DNA of 64,000 nucleotides from Epithemia pelagica (lineage: Eukaryota > Protista > Bacillariophyta), in contig OX337236.1 in assembly GCA_946965045.2 (NCBI GenBank), positions 2,914,001 through 2,978,000 of the forward strand, written 5' to 3'. Positions 20,801 through 32,649 of the stretch are shown one piece after another; position 1 is the first letter of the stretch, and the number at the start of each line of letters is the position of its first letter. The notes under the pieces are model-generated. The model saw only the letters and a list, made by a program, of their open reading frames with translations. It did no database searches and was not told the origin of the DNA. Made by a program: the position numbers and the translations under genes.

Positions 20801-22130
20801 AAGATATCAGTCTTCACCTTTGCTTGCGTGTACGCCATAATGAAGTCGATCGATCGCATGTCCCATCCCAAAATCAACGCCTGGATGAAGATGCACCGGA
20901 CGGTTGGCCATGCAACAACAGGGGAAAAAGTGGACCAGTAGGTATCACCAAAAACCTGTCTGTGGCCTCCAGCACAGAGGCGAGCTTTCCATTTAATGAT
21001 TGCTCCAGCTGGGTCCTTTTTGCGCATAAACGACCAAACCATGGGGATTGGTTTTGCGTTGGGTGGAACTTGAGCTTTATGCACGATCTTCCAATGCTTC
21101 AATTCGGCATGCTGTTTGAGTTCCTTCACCATGGCCTGAATGAACTTGTCGCTATCTTCTTGTTGGAGAGCGATATGCAAGGGCATAACATCTGGCTTGA
21201 TGGCGGCGGTGCTCATCATCTGCAGCAGTGCCAAAGGATGATAGTCGGCCAAAGTCTTGGCCACATCCTGAGCCATAAAACAACAATGATAAGCAATCAA
21301 CGACAATCGAGAAGGGGGACGCACTTGTCGACCGGTCCTGGTTTGCCCTGTGGGGGCAATGTCCACTGGGTATGGTTGTGGAGTCTCTTCTGGTGGAACA
21401 GAAGCTATCTGTGGCTCGGGTTCGGCATCAGGAAGAGGAGCTGGATCGTCAGCAGGCACTTGCGGAATTGCACCCGTCAAGAGATCGGGTAATTCGAGCA
21501 AGGCCTGTGGGATGTTGTTCCCAAAGTTGAGTAAGTTGGATTCTTGTTGTCGTTGTTGTTGTTGTGTACGTGATCGTCGTGTCAAGGGACGCGAGATCAG
21601 ATGGTCAGATCTATTTTCATCTCCTTTGTGCACTAACGCCTTTTGCTTCCAAATGCTTGTGTCATGTTGTTCGTTCTTCACTGTCTCGAATTTGTCGTCA
21701 TACACGCAATGGAATTGTGGGCTTACAAGACCAGTTTGCGTAGACAGGATGAGAGGAACAGAAGCAGCATGATGGGGCAAGTGACACAACAATACACCAA
21801 CTCGAGATCGTTCTGCCCATTTGGGATGAGGGCTTCCTGTTTGGAGTGGAGCTTGGAGCACATAAACGGGGCAACCAAAAGGATGAAAGTGTTTGGTGTT
21901 TGGTTCCACATCGGAGTTGGAAAAGATGGAGATGGGAGATTTTGCTTTGTTGTTACGTGGGAGTGCATTGCGAATGTTTGTTGCATGCTTCACCGCTTGT
22001 GGCCACAAATTTGCTGTGATGGTTTTCGGCCATCTGTGAGCAGCATGAAGGATCATCGTTCTTGCGCTTTCGGTAAGGTCTCGAATTCGCCTTTCCGCGA
22101 TCCCATTCTGATGGTGGGCTCCCACGCCAC
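17814..22130. repeat. Segmental duplication, copy 1 (copy 2 is 59697 to beyond 64000; offset ~41.88 kb)
   Basis: Colinear near-identity starts at ACACTGGGTACC and runs through the surface-protein gene and the Copia RT/IN. Confidence 0.95.
18384..19205 (+). CDS. Secreted Cys-rich, putatively GPI-anchored surface protein, copy 1 (273 aa)
   Basis: N-terminal signal (MKLSAAVVFLAATIH), poly-Q, multiple Cys, a PPPSDD linker and a hydrophobic C-terminal tail (LGAVTLTAAAATLLGMVGSHGLLF). No family was recognised. Confidence 0.75.
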   Translation: MKLSAAVVFLAATIHKNAAVEDSTHMVFPAPERSQQQQQQQQQKLQQSNNTDGASSLLPPVLDAGPDSIEPCAVGVTNCDETALVCDEENATDVIVRRGVRGAGFHSYLLNSTMGLLGVQYYVCACNIYSALFNRAILSSVRADSICKINEHRLPLPKDSNETCPDGAASDCLSYCKDVTFGGDSWKEANTPPENGGGIGPVSALADNSTGCVCFWADTRIQGCTLPPPSDDPPPSDDDDGVVSGAHKPLGAVTLTAAAATLLGMVGSHGLLF

Positions 22131-24076
22131 AGAAAGAAATTGTTTGGAGTGCGTTTTTGACATCGTTCACAAACTCCTTGTCCGCAAATCGTCCATTGTC
22201 ACAATGATAATGCTGGACGGTAACACCATGCCGTTGCGCGAATCTTTCGAACTCGTGTTTTGCTTCCAAGGTTTCTTCGGTGGTAATGGCGTGCATTAAA
22301 TGCACGTAAGTCAAATCGGACGCGTGGTCAACAAACACTGTGGCACCTTTGAATCTTTTCTTGGTCGGTTGGCCCTTTCCTGTTGGTACGAGACCAGGAA
22401 CTGGGGATTCCAACTGGTCCATGCTCACGACTGCGCCAGGGACTGTTGACGTGCGAATCTTCGGATCCACCTTGTGGGTGCACCAAGGTTTCTTGTGCGC
22501 TTTCCCATAGAGGCAGCTGGGACATTTGGGAGGCGCAACCTTTGTGAACTGTTTCGGGATCACGCCCTTTTCTGCTAGTTGTTTCAGTTGTTGAAAGGAG
22601 CAGTGACCCAATCGCTCGTGATATTGCATCAAGAGGTCTTGGTCCGAACGCAACAATGGTTCATCTTCCACAATGGGTGGCAAGACATTGGGATCCGTGG
22701 TGAAATCGGTTGTCACTCCCTCGGATGGTGACGACCGGATTGGATGAATCGGCTGGGGCTCTTGGTCTTCATCATCGGGCGGAGGATCAGGAGGCGGACG
22801 CTCAGGATCATCTTCATCTTCTGAGTCAGAGACTGGGTTGGCAGGCATTGCAAGAGCCATGAATGCACGGAAACGACGGAAACCAGGGGCTGTAAAGCAC
22901 ATACCGACGTTGTTCTTGTTGAGCGGTACGTATTTGCTCACTTTTTGATCCTTGGTACTGAGCCACTCTAACTCTATGCTCATACCGTCAATTGAACAGC
23001 GAGCTTTTGTGTCTCCTTCTACTCGTCCTTGTCGAACAAAGACTTGGGGCACCATAATGTTGAGAGGGGCAGAAGGTAAGTGCCGCACATCTCGCAATTC
23101 GATGGTGTGAATCATGTTCAAGTCATCTTCATACTTGATTGGAACGGTTCCTATGCCTTAGGGCATGACAGTTTCTCCATTTACGCCGAGCAAGGCTTCC
23201 TTCATTCTTTCTTCTTTGGTCAAGGGACGGTAGGATGTGAAGGCTCTACGGTACTTCCACAGGTGATGAGAGGCACCAGAGTCGATGAGAAACTTGTCGG
23301 CGTCAGAATCGAAGACGGCAGTACGAGGACGGTCATCCGAGCTTGTGGTGGACGTGCCATTCATAGCCAAATCAATCAATGGATTCTTGTTTGGGATGAA
23401 CAAGGATGCCAATTGTTTGGCCTGGCGGAAGAATGACTTCTTTTTGGTCCTATCTCGGGTGCGAGTGGTATCAACGCAACAATCAACGTCTTGGAAGTGA
23501 AACGTTTTGTTGGCTTGTTTGGAAAGATGACCCACTGCAATCCACCGAATCTTTTGGTCAATTTGCAGCGCCGCGAGACATAACAATATACGAGGCAATT
23601 TGATGGTGATGTCAACTGGGAGACGGCGGCCCACACTTGATCTGTGGATTCGAGTTCGGGGCGGACGACGTCGGAAAGGCTTGTTGGCGACTTTGAATGG
23701 TTTGGTTCGAGCGGAGAAAAATTTCACAATCCGCTTGATCCACGACAGAACCTCATGAAACGCGACAATATTCATTTTGATCGTAAGAAAAACAACAAAC
23801 GGCCAAAATGCCATGAATGCATCCCATGAGGGTAGCAGTCATTCACTGCCATTCTTGATGATGGCTGCAAGAGCATCGGCCAAATCATCAGTATCGAACT
23901 CGCCGCCAGGAAGGATTGCGGCCATTCCCTTTTTGAGCTTGTCCACATCGACAGCAACTTCGGCGGCCACACCAGAACCAATTTACTTCCTTCGTACCTT
24001 TTATTTCCACGTAGACTCTGGTACTAAAGCTACGGCCCATTTTATTGAACCATTTTGGTTCAATATCGCACACCGA
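20062..24076 (-). mobile_element. Truncated Ty1/Copia element (protease, integrase, RT; no RNase H, no LTRs seen)
   Basis: Protease FLIDSGASHH; GAG-pre-integrase HERLGH..C..C; integrase HCDNG and QNGIAERRIR; RT KWKARLCAGG, YGLK, LYIDD. The ORF breaks at GFKC, where the RNase H DAD motif should follow. There is an in-frame stop at 23158. Confidence 0.9.
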
Positions 24077-24345
24077 TTAACGCCACACGTAAAGAACGGG
24101 TTTAAGCTTATGAGAGCAGCATATAGTTGTCTCCCATAAATTTTATGGGCGTCAACGTGCTGCTCGAATTGTTGTCTCCCTTACTAAAACACTAATCCTA
24201 CCTGTGTTAAGCAATGACACTTGTGTCATTTTTCTCCTCATTCATCTTGACGACATTCATTCATTCTGTGAATGGTACGATCAATTCGTCGTTACTTTCA
24301 TTCTATATCACTTTCTTGTTCATCCCCACCTCCAAACTGACGGTC

Positions 24346-24978
24346 ATGAACGGTGAGTATATACTTGATTCATCAATTTCTTTGATACATTCGCACCTCA
24401 TGTTTGTTATGTTTTCCACTTTAGGACTCATTGATTCCATCGAGATTGCTGAGACGTACCTCGAAGAAGACAACAATCAAGCGCGTTCGGGTGTGATGGT
24501 TCCCTTTACCCTCAAGAAATCTCGAGTCATGATTACGGGTGAAACAGGCACTGTTATTGACGAAACCGCAGAAGCCACCGAGACGAGGTATCTTCCTGAG
24601 GAGTATGCGTCTTCCGAAAGTGTCCAGGTGATTCTTCACGAATTGAGCAACAATACTCCACCCTCCCAAACCCATGGCTACATGTATTGGGAGAGTGTGT
24701 GTGGAGTATGCCAACAAAATCCCTGCGTCATTGTTGACAATCTGCCCTATCTTCACGAACTCGTCACGCACATGAAAAACAAAGGCGAGACGAACCGCGC
24801 CATTCGTTACCAGCTCTATTGGCGCTTGTCAAATAAGCTTCACGGTCCCCTTGGACGTGGCCACCGTGTGCAACTCCCCGATTGTCTTGTTCAGTTTGTC
24901 CGTGACAACTTTCCTAACGAGAACCCAGAAGAAAAGTACGTCGGCTTTCAGGCAGGTCCCATCAATCACGACGAATAA
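24346..24978 (+). CDS. Passenger gene with a P2X7 C-terminal (ballast/NANOR)-like domain; probable 72-nt intron at 24353-24424
   Basis: ATGAACG|GTGAGT...CACTTTAG|GACTC gives a 186-aa product ending CGVCQQNPC...NRAIRYQLY...LHGPLGRGHRVQLPDCLVQFVRDNFP...YVGF. Confidence 0.6.
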   Translation: MNGEYILDSSISLIHSHLMFVMFSTLGLIDSIEIAETYLEEDNNQARSGVMVPFTLKKSRVMITGETGTVIDETAEATETRYLPEEYASSESVQVILHELSNNTPPSQTHGYMYWESVCGVCQQNPCVIVDNLPYLHELVTHMKNKGETNRAIRYQLYWRLSNKLHGPLGRGHRVQLPDCLVQFVRDNFPNENPEEKYVGFQAGPINHDE

Positions 24979-25155
24979 ACAAGCGATACGGTAATCGTTC
25001 CTAAGCTCACATTATTCTCTTACTTAGATTATTTAGTTGTCGTTTACAATTCATGAATTTCTCCACTGTTCTCTGTACTTTCGTTGTCATGATCATTGTC
25101 ATTCTCTACGTTCTCGTTATTTGTGTCTTCTTCTTCGTCGTCATCCTCTTTCATA

Positions 25156-27896
25156 TCATTTGGTCCGCGATTTGTCCGCTTTCTCTTCCTTGTAAACTCT
25201 GGAGACAGTCCATGCTTCTCTCGTAGATCCATTATAATTGGGTGGTTTTTTTTTTGTTGTGTACTTGTAGCGACTTCCCGGAGACAAAGCCGGACGACAC
25301 ATGAACATCTCTCTTCCCTGTGGTGAATGGAGAATTTCGAAGCAAGTGTGGTCTGTAAATTGTGGGAGCGTATGGATTTTCCAGCCATCCTCTCTGTCAT
25401 CCTTGCATGACACTAAATGTGCCACGAGTCCACACTTGGCACATCGACCTACGTTGGTAAACATTCCTTTCATGCCGAGCTCTTTGCGCCTCCACCGATA
25501 TTCCAACAAGCAAACTGTGCATCCGACACGTTTGTTCCCTTCCAATGGCACTGGATAATGCCTATCCTCACATGTTGGGCGACTGGCAACTCGAGTCCTC
25601 CTTGCTAAAGCGTCCACTTCTTCTTGTGCAACATAGCTACACATTGTTTGCGCAACAATAGTGTAGAACGTATGTCGCGACAGCTTGGTTCGTCTTGATC
25701 GTACTCGATCCCCAGACGACATGTTCCATCCGATGTAAGCATTCAATAGCATCACATCCATTATTGCCAATGCTGACTTCTTGTACCACTTTTTGTAATG
25801 TCCATGGGTTGCAAAACCTCCGAAATGGGAACGCATCTGATCTCCATGATCAATGCCCCCCATATTGTCCTGATAACGTATTAGAGGCATTGGACAATTG
25901 AAGTCCTCTTTATTTGGTCCCACTTGACGCTGCACTTCCCCTTTGCCGTTGCTTTCATAGCTGGAAACGAAATTGACGACTTTCGAGTCCACCTATTGGC
26001 CGATAACAATTCCATTCACTTCGTCGTGAGCCAGGTTGATTGTTCTGCGATTTGTTGCTGTTTTTCCAATGTCATCAGCGTCTTACTCCACCCCACTCGG
26101 TTTGTCCTCACAGTACCAGTAGCAAGGATCTTCAAACGGTCACGGAGGATAACCAGTAGCTGTGGGGCTGCGTACCGGTTATCCATAAACAAATGGCAGA
26201 ATCCGTTGGTTCCCTTGTGTAATTCTAATGCATAACATGCATTGACAACTGCTTTCATGGTCGTAGGTAGTTTCTTTGCCTCCTCTCGTATGTACGAGTT
26301 GGTCGCATTCTTTCCTTGATACACGTCGATATGAAGGATGGCGTATGATCTGGAAGAAGCCATGATGAAAAAATCGACCCGGAATTTTACCGGTTTATCT
26401 TTATTATACTGTCGGACGGGGCAGTATCTTGAGCGGCAGCCGATTCCTCCTTCATCGAAAGCCAAGTCTTCTGGTATTTTGAACGATCGTTTCGAAGCTC
26501 CATTTACTGCCTGAAGTAATTGCCGTTATTGGTAGCACTTGTCACCACCTCTCCCAGCACTTTTCTTTTGTGGATGAAACGCACCGCGAATCTGACGAAA
26601 TCGAGCAAGTCGCATGTATCTGGAAGCCCATCCCTCACTATCCAAAATTTCTACCGAAGGGAGAGCTGTCCCTAAGCTATACATCCGATTGGATGTTTGA
26701 AAATAGGTGGCATATCCACCTCCATCGATTGGTCGAAGAGACATCATCAGAATGATGCCTAAGAACCGCGTCATTTCTTGTTCCGTTACATCTTGCCACT
26801 TCTGTGAATGGAAGTAACCCCTGCGCCCCATCAACTTGGGACAGATTTTCTCGTGAAAATACTGATTGGTTGCGGCGGCCATATCGGAAATGAGAGCGGT
26901 TGATATGCCTCCGACCACACGCAAACTCTCCAACGGTGTGGTGAAATCTTCCGCAATACCTAATTTCAGACCGTCTTCTCCGCTAAACATATTTCTGTTG
27001 TGACGTTCCTTTCCAATCCAAGAGAGTCCGTTGTCGGAAGCATCAATAGACTTGTAATGGAAGTGCAGGTTGTCAATCAGAACTTTTAGGTTTGTTGTAT
27101 TGTTTGGGTCATCGTCGTCTGAATCTGAATCGCCAACACCGTTGTGCTCGTCGTGATCAGTCACGTCGTTGTCCTCGTTGTAATCGTTCTCATCTAGTGG
27201 ATTCTGAGGCCGTGCAGCTGATTCATTCAACTCAAGTTCGAAACCACCTTGATGGTCTTCATCAGAAGACGAACCACTGTCCTCATCGAGATTACCTACA
27301 TTCGTGTTGCGCTGTTGTTGTCGGGTTGTGACACTTGTTTGTCTCGTCGAGGCGGCGGCACTTGTTTGTCTCGTCGAGGCGGCCGTGCTCGTACTCCCAA
27401 ACAGACGTGTCGTTAGTTGGTTCATTGGAGTGTTATTGTTATCAGCATCTCCATTATCGACTCCATTATTGGCTTGGGCGTTATCTCCGGGAGAGGGTCC
27501 GACTTGTGGAGCCGTCATAAGAGTAGCGCGTCCTCGAGCCCACTCTTGTGTCGACGGCAGGTTTGTGTTTTGACGTGTACGTGAATTGCGGCTCGATCCA
27601 CGTAGAGAGGAGTTACTAGCATTCTTCAGTGCATCCCTCCTTTGTGCTCGTTCGGCTGTGGAAGGAGGTGGTGGTTGTGCTCGGCGTCGTCCCTTGTTAC
27701 GTCTGGGTGAACGTCGAACCGAAGGGGACTGTGTGATATTGTGGCTGTTCGGGTCGTTTCCTTTATCGGGTTGAGAAACATAGTTGAACTTGGTTGTTGG
27801 GTTCCAGTTCTCTGAGATTGTTGAGATTGAGTTGCCTGGTTCGTTCTATTAGTACTAGGAGGTGCATGATATGCTTCGATGAACTGTCGAAGCCTC
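25156..27896 (-). pseudogene. piggyBac transposase (DDE_Tnp_1_7-like), fragmented; N-terminal part continues at 36286-36910
   Basis: Motifs AFDE, CPVRQYNKDKPVKF, LFMDNRY, VRTNRVG, MGGIDHGDQ, KKWYKK and a C-terminal CxxC...CxxC...H...C. In-frame stops at 26526 and 25993 and a frameshift near 26050. Confidence 0.88.
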
Positions 27897-28680
27897 TGTT
27901 ACAATTCTCTTGGAATTGCAGTGGCGTTGATGCTCGGTAGAGCAGACAATCAGGTAGTCACCAACCGATACAAACCTCTCCACGGGTAAGAGAGGAAAGC
28001 AAGTCGTAGTCTATCAAAAGGATAGTCGGGACACAAAAGAGGATGTGATAAATGGTGATATTGTTAGATTGTGTGTTGATTACTACGATAGGTCTACGTG
28101 AAATGTTCGGTCCTGCCAAGGGTCATGTGTCATAGGTTCTTGGCGGCAACAGGTTTGGAATAGTTGGAGTTGATTCATGTGATGTATATGACATGTATAT
28201 GTGGACGGATAACATATATAGGGTCAACAGCTCTTGCTTTGGATTGGCATAGTTGTTTTCATGGCGCGCAGCTTGTTGACAATTTGGAGATTGTGGGAAT
28301 GGAAATATGGTCTCGCGTGATTGTGTGTCGTGCTTGGGATACTTAGACCGTTGGGTCGGATAGATGCCGACAGCGCTCGGATGTCGCGTGGGCGCGCTCG
28401 ATGATTTCGGGCGCGTACGCTTAGGGCGTTAGTATAATGTCCGAGCAACGGCCAAATTTACGTCCGTTGTAATACCGCACGACCCAGTTTAGTCTTGAGA
28501 GTGAGTTCGTCAATCTATTCTCACTTTTCATGATTTGCGAAGAAATATAGGTCAATATAGCGCAAAGCTAGGGAACATAGCTCGAAGCTAGATGGCATGA
28601 TGCGATAGCACGAGGCTATGTGACATGGGGAATCGATGAGATGTAGAATCTAACCACCATAGACAGTGAGAATTCTAACA
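27897..28680 (-). repeat. 3' LTR (784 bp)
   Basis: Direct repeat of 35499-36280, with about 7 substitutions and one 2-bp indel counted by eye. Confidence 0.95.
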
Positions 28681-31600
28681 CTCCCCACAACTCGTCCTTT
28701 CAGCCTTGTCATCATTGGATTTGTTGAGGTCTTGAACTTCTCCTTTCCAAAACAACAAGGGCTTGAGCATGGGCCAAATAGATACGAAATCCCAATGTTT
28801 GCTAAGGATATCGGCAGGGTTGGTCTTTCCATCTTTCCAGTAGAATGCAACATACTTTGCTGCGATGGCTTCACGAACTCGGTGGTATGACAGAAGATGG
28901 TGTCTCTTGGATAGTATGGAATGAGGAATGGTTGCATTGAGCACAACAGATCTGTTATCTCCGTACATGTAACTTCGCTCTCGGATAGGTACTCCAAGGT
29001 AGCGGAGAGAATGTCGTAATTCTGTAATCTGATCTATTGCTGTCCTTGCAGCCACAAACTCGGATCCATAGGTAGCAGTTTCCACCGTGCTCTGTCTCTT
29101 GCTGTACCAGTCAATAGGTGTTCCGTTCAACAAATGTAGAACAGCAGTGACGGATTTACCAGTGACTATGTCATGCATGAGATTGGCATCAACATAATGA
29201 GTTGTGGTAACATAGCGGCCAAGAGGTGTTGGGCAGTCTTCAGGAATACGTTCACTTGCATTCGAATAGACAGTGCGAGTCCAATCAAATTCTTGGGTAG
29301 GAAGACTTGAATAATCAGGCTCTCCAATCCTAAATCTGATTGCGCCTTCTGGGAGATGTGCAAGGTATCCATAGATACGCTTGGCTCTATCAAGATGTCC
29401 TTTCCTCGGAGCAGCACGAAAGCGTGATAGCGTCATTGTAGCGGTGAAGACGTCGAAACGACCAATAGTGATCACCCATTGGAGTTGTCCAATCAGAGTT
29501 TGGAAATGGCTAGTACCTTCTTCATCAAGGAGCTCAGAATCATCCAATTCAGGATGGTCTCCACCAATAAGAGGTGTTTTGGCTTTCTTGGGTTTCGCCT
29601 TGAAGATTCGTTCGAAAGTGTCCATCATCTTACCAATGTAGCGTCTTGGATCTGCTACTAATGTTCCATCAGAATCCTTGGTGTAACAACATCCCAAGTG
29701 GAAATCAATAGGTCCATCTCCTTTGAGTTTGAAGTTGTATTTCTCCTTCAGGATCTTGCAGATATTCCCAGGATCAGTAGAAATAATGGCTAAGTCATCA
29801 ACGTATACGGCAATGTATTCGTAACAGTCTTCTCCAGGTGCTTTCCTCATCCAGATATCCGGATCTGCTTTGCTTGGTGAAAATCCCATGTCTGTCAAAA
29901 CATCGAATAAGACATCATGTCAGCGTGCGCCTGATGACTTCAATCCATAAAGTGCCTTGTATATAATCAGGATGTGACCTTCTAATTCCTTGAATTCAGG
30001 TCCTGCGACAATGAAGATTTTCTCCCCTGTCAAGGCTTCCAGATATGCGTTTCCAATATCTGCTCCCCATATTTCCAAGTCATTCAAAGTACCCAGGAAT
30101 AAGGCAATGCGGAGGTTGCGAATGGAAACAACACCTGAATAGATTGTCTCAACAGGTTCTTTTGTGAGATGTCCATCTGCGACAAGTCTTGCTTTATGTC
30201 GTCCATCATGTTTTACGTCAAAGACAAGATGTACACGTATCTTATGATGTCCTTCAGGTGCATTGGATACTTTCCCTTTAATGAAGATGGCTTTCCAAAA
30301 ATCCTTGAATGTCTTGTAGGACTGGATCTGTGACAATTCTAATTCTGTTGCATCCTGCCACTTTGTGTTGCCATGCTGTTTATCAAGAGCGACAGCTTCC
30401 TCATAATTGCGTGGTACTTGTAATCCAAACTTATACTTGACGGAATGGTGAACTTGTTTAATCCTTGACTGTTTGGTTGCTCGAATGAGACGTTTGCTTG
30501 TTTTGACATAACGTTTCAAATGCTTCCATCCAGGTTCGTTGAGTAAACCATGTTTCTTTCCATAAATTGCTACAGTGATCGGATCATCATTGGCGATGAG
30601 TGATAAAGGTTCATAGGTAGTCTCCCCAGTTTCCCAATCAACAAGCAAATTATATTTGCTCCCCTTGTAATCTGGATCAGTTGTGTTCAGTGGGCCTTGA
30701 TGGGCAATGACGTCCCTGAACCTGAAAAGATTATCTCCAGAGGTTTGAGCTTGGTTATCTCGTTCGATATACTCCATGAGTTGATTATAGGATATCATCT
30801 CATCAACATCAGAATTTGTCTTTCGGTAGATGTACTTGACACGTTCTTCCTGTTTCGTTGCTTCTTCATTAAGATCAATGACTCGTTTGATGACACGTGC
30901 ACGGTGTCGCTCCCCATTTTCTTCTGTGTCGCATAGGAATGTGCGTCCTCTCATGTCGTCAAAATCGATCGTGGGCATTGGTTTGGATGGATCTTCACTA
31001 TCACTGCAAATGAAGACAGTGTCAGCTTGCTTATCATTGTCATCCTTCTCAGACAAATCCTCCCCTGAAGGTCGATCCACACGTAGGTTAGGTGTAGTGG
31101 ATTCAACACGGCAAACGGCAGAACGGTAGATTATCTGGTTATCCTGGGTGAGAATCTTCCAAGTAAAAGAATCACCAACGTTGTGAGCAAAACCAACCCA
31201 GTGGCCAAGTTTCTCATCAGAAGAAGATGGATATGAACCAGAATTGGGTTCAGCGGGGTCGACACGGTAGTATACCTCATCCCAGAAAGGAAAGAACAAG
31301 AGATGAGTAATGTCGGGTGGGCGTCCGGAGAGAGCCTCAAGAGGAGTGCGACCGGAATGGGTGGGTGATGATGTATGGTTCAATAAGTCACAGACATACT
31401 CAAGGCAAAGAAGCCAGGTGTTGGCAGGGCAACCAGTGGCATTCATGAGAGCGTTGGTCATACGTTTGACGGTCTGGTAACGGTTTTCAGCCTTATTCTG
31501 GTGTTGATGATAAGGTTCGGATCGATACTCCCCAATAAGCAAAGTGCGAAGAATGTCTTTGACCTTTTGAGAGATGAGAGATGAACCACCATCACTGATA

Positions 31601-32637
31601 AGAGTCTCCATGGCACCACGAAACCGGATGTTGTCCTGAAGAGTATTGACAAACTGTTTGGTTGACTTGATCCCATAGATATCAGTAACCAGAGTATCTC
31701 GACCAACAAAGATTTGTGCGACTTTACCGCCATGGTCAACAGCAGGGGTGTCGGAGAAAACCGAGTCAGTAGCAACGGGTTCATGACGTCGAGGTATATT
31801 AAGGACCGGATTGCGAGCCTTGAAATGTTTCTTGAGGGTGTCGTGGTCCAAAGTAATGCTACCATTACGTGTAGTGTGCTTGAACGTATCGGCAATAACA
31901 TCTTCAGATTGCCAACCAAAGAATGGACGGAACTTCTTCCAGTCATACGCTTCCTGGTAACGACGGTGGACAGAGGCATGAAGTGTAGGATCATTACCTT
32001 CTGCGTCAGCATAGATAGAAAAGAAGGGTGCGTCGTCAGGTCCATGATCGTATGGGAGATCCAAAAGGAGATTGAGGTTACAAACAACACGATCAGTGTA
32101 CTTCCCATAGTTGTCATATGGATGGTTTGACATACTACCATCAGTCTTGACGTGTTTCCAATCAGGATCATTGTCAGAGGGTGTGGGAGAATACGAATGG
32201 TCCAGAACACCAGGATCCCATGTGTCGGGTGACGTGAAGATGATCTGAGGTAAGGTATTCATGTCATCGTCGCTGGGGATACCCAAGGAGTGGATGTAGG
32301 CTAACCCATCCTTGATGTGAAGGGGTATAGCACGACCATCAAGTGTAGTGATGCGTTGTTTACCATCAACTTTAACAGATCGTTCGTCAACAGCAAGTCC
32401 AAAATGCTCAAATTGACCAGGAGCATGGATAGATAAGCCCTTTCCATAATAAGCATATTCATTGAAGATGCCGACAATAGGTCTATCATTGGTCTCAAAC
32501 TTTGCCGCACATGTGACGACAGGAAGTCCAGTAAGTTCATGGTTATCAATACCCACAATAGTGATATGGCGGCCAGTCTTAGAAATGATGCGCATGTCAG
32601 AACCAGCAAGTCCTCCATTAGCACCACGGTCAATCAA
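28675..32637 (-). pseudogene. Copia pol (PR-IN-RT-RNase H) split by one in-frame stop at 29920
   Basis: IDRGANGG, ISDGG, HQNKAE, KARLVADG, DIGNAYL, YVDD, YVDAN, DILSK. The TGA replaces the expected Trp of ARWHD. Confidence 0.92.
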
Positions 32638-32649
32638 TTGATTTCCTGG

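Noticed and set aside
18384-23121. Diversity-generating-retroelement-like system (variable gene next to an RT)
   Set aside because: The differences between the paralogues are not adenine-specific, no template repeat is present, and the RT is an ordinary Copia RT.
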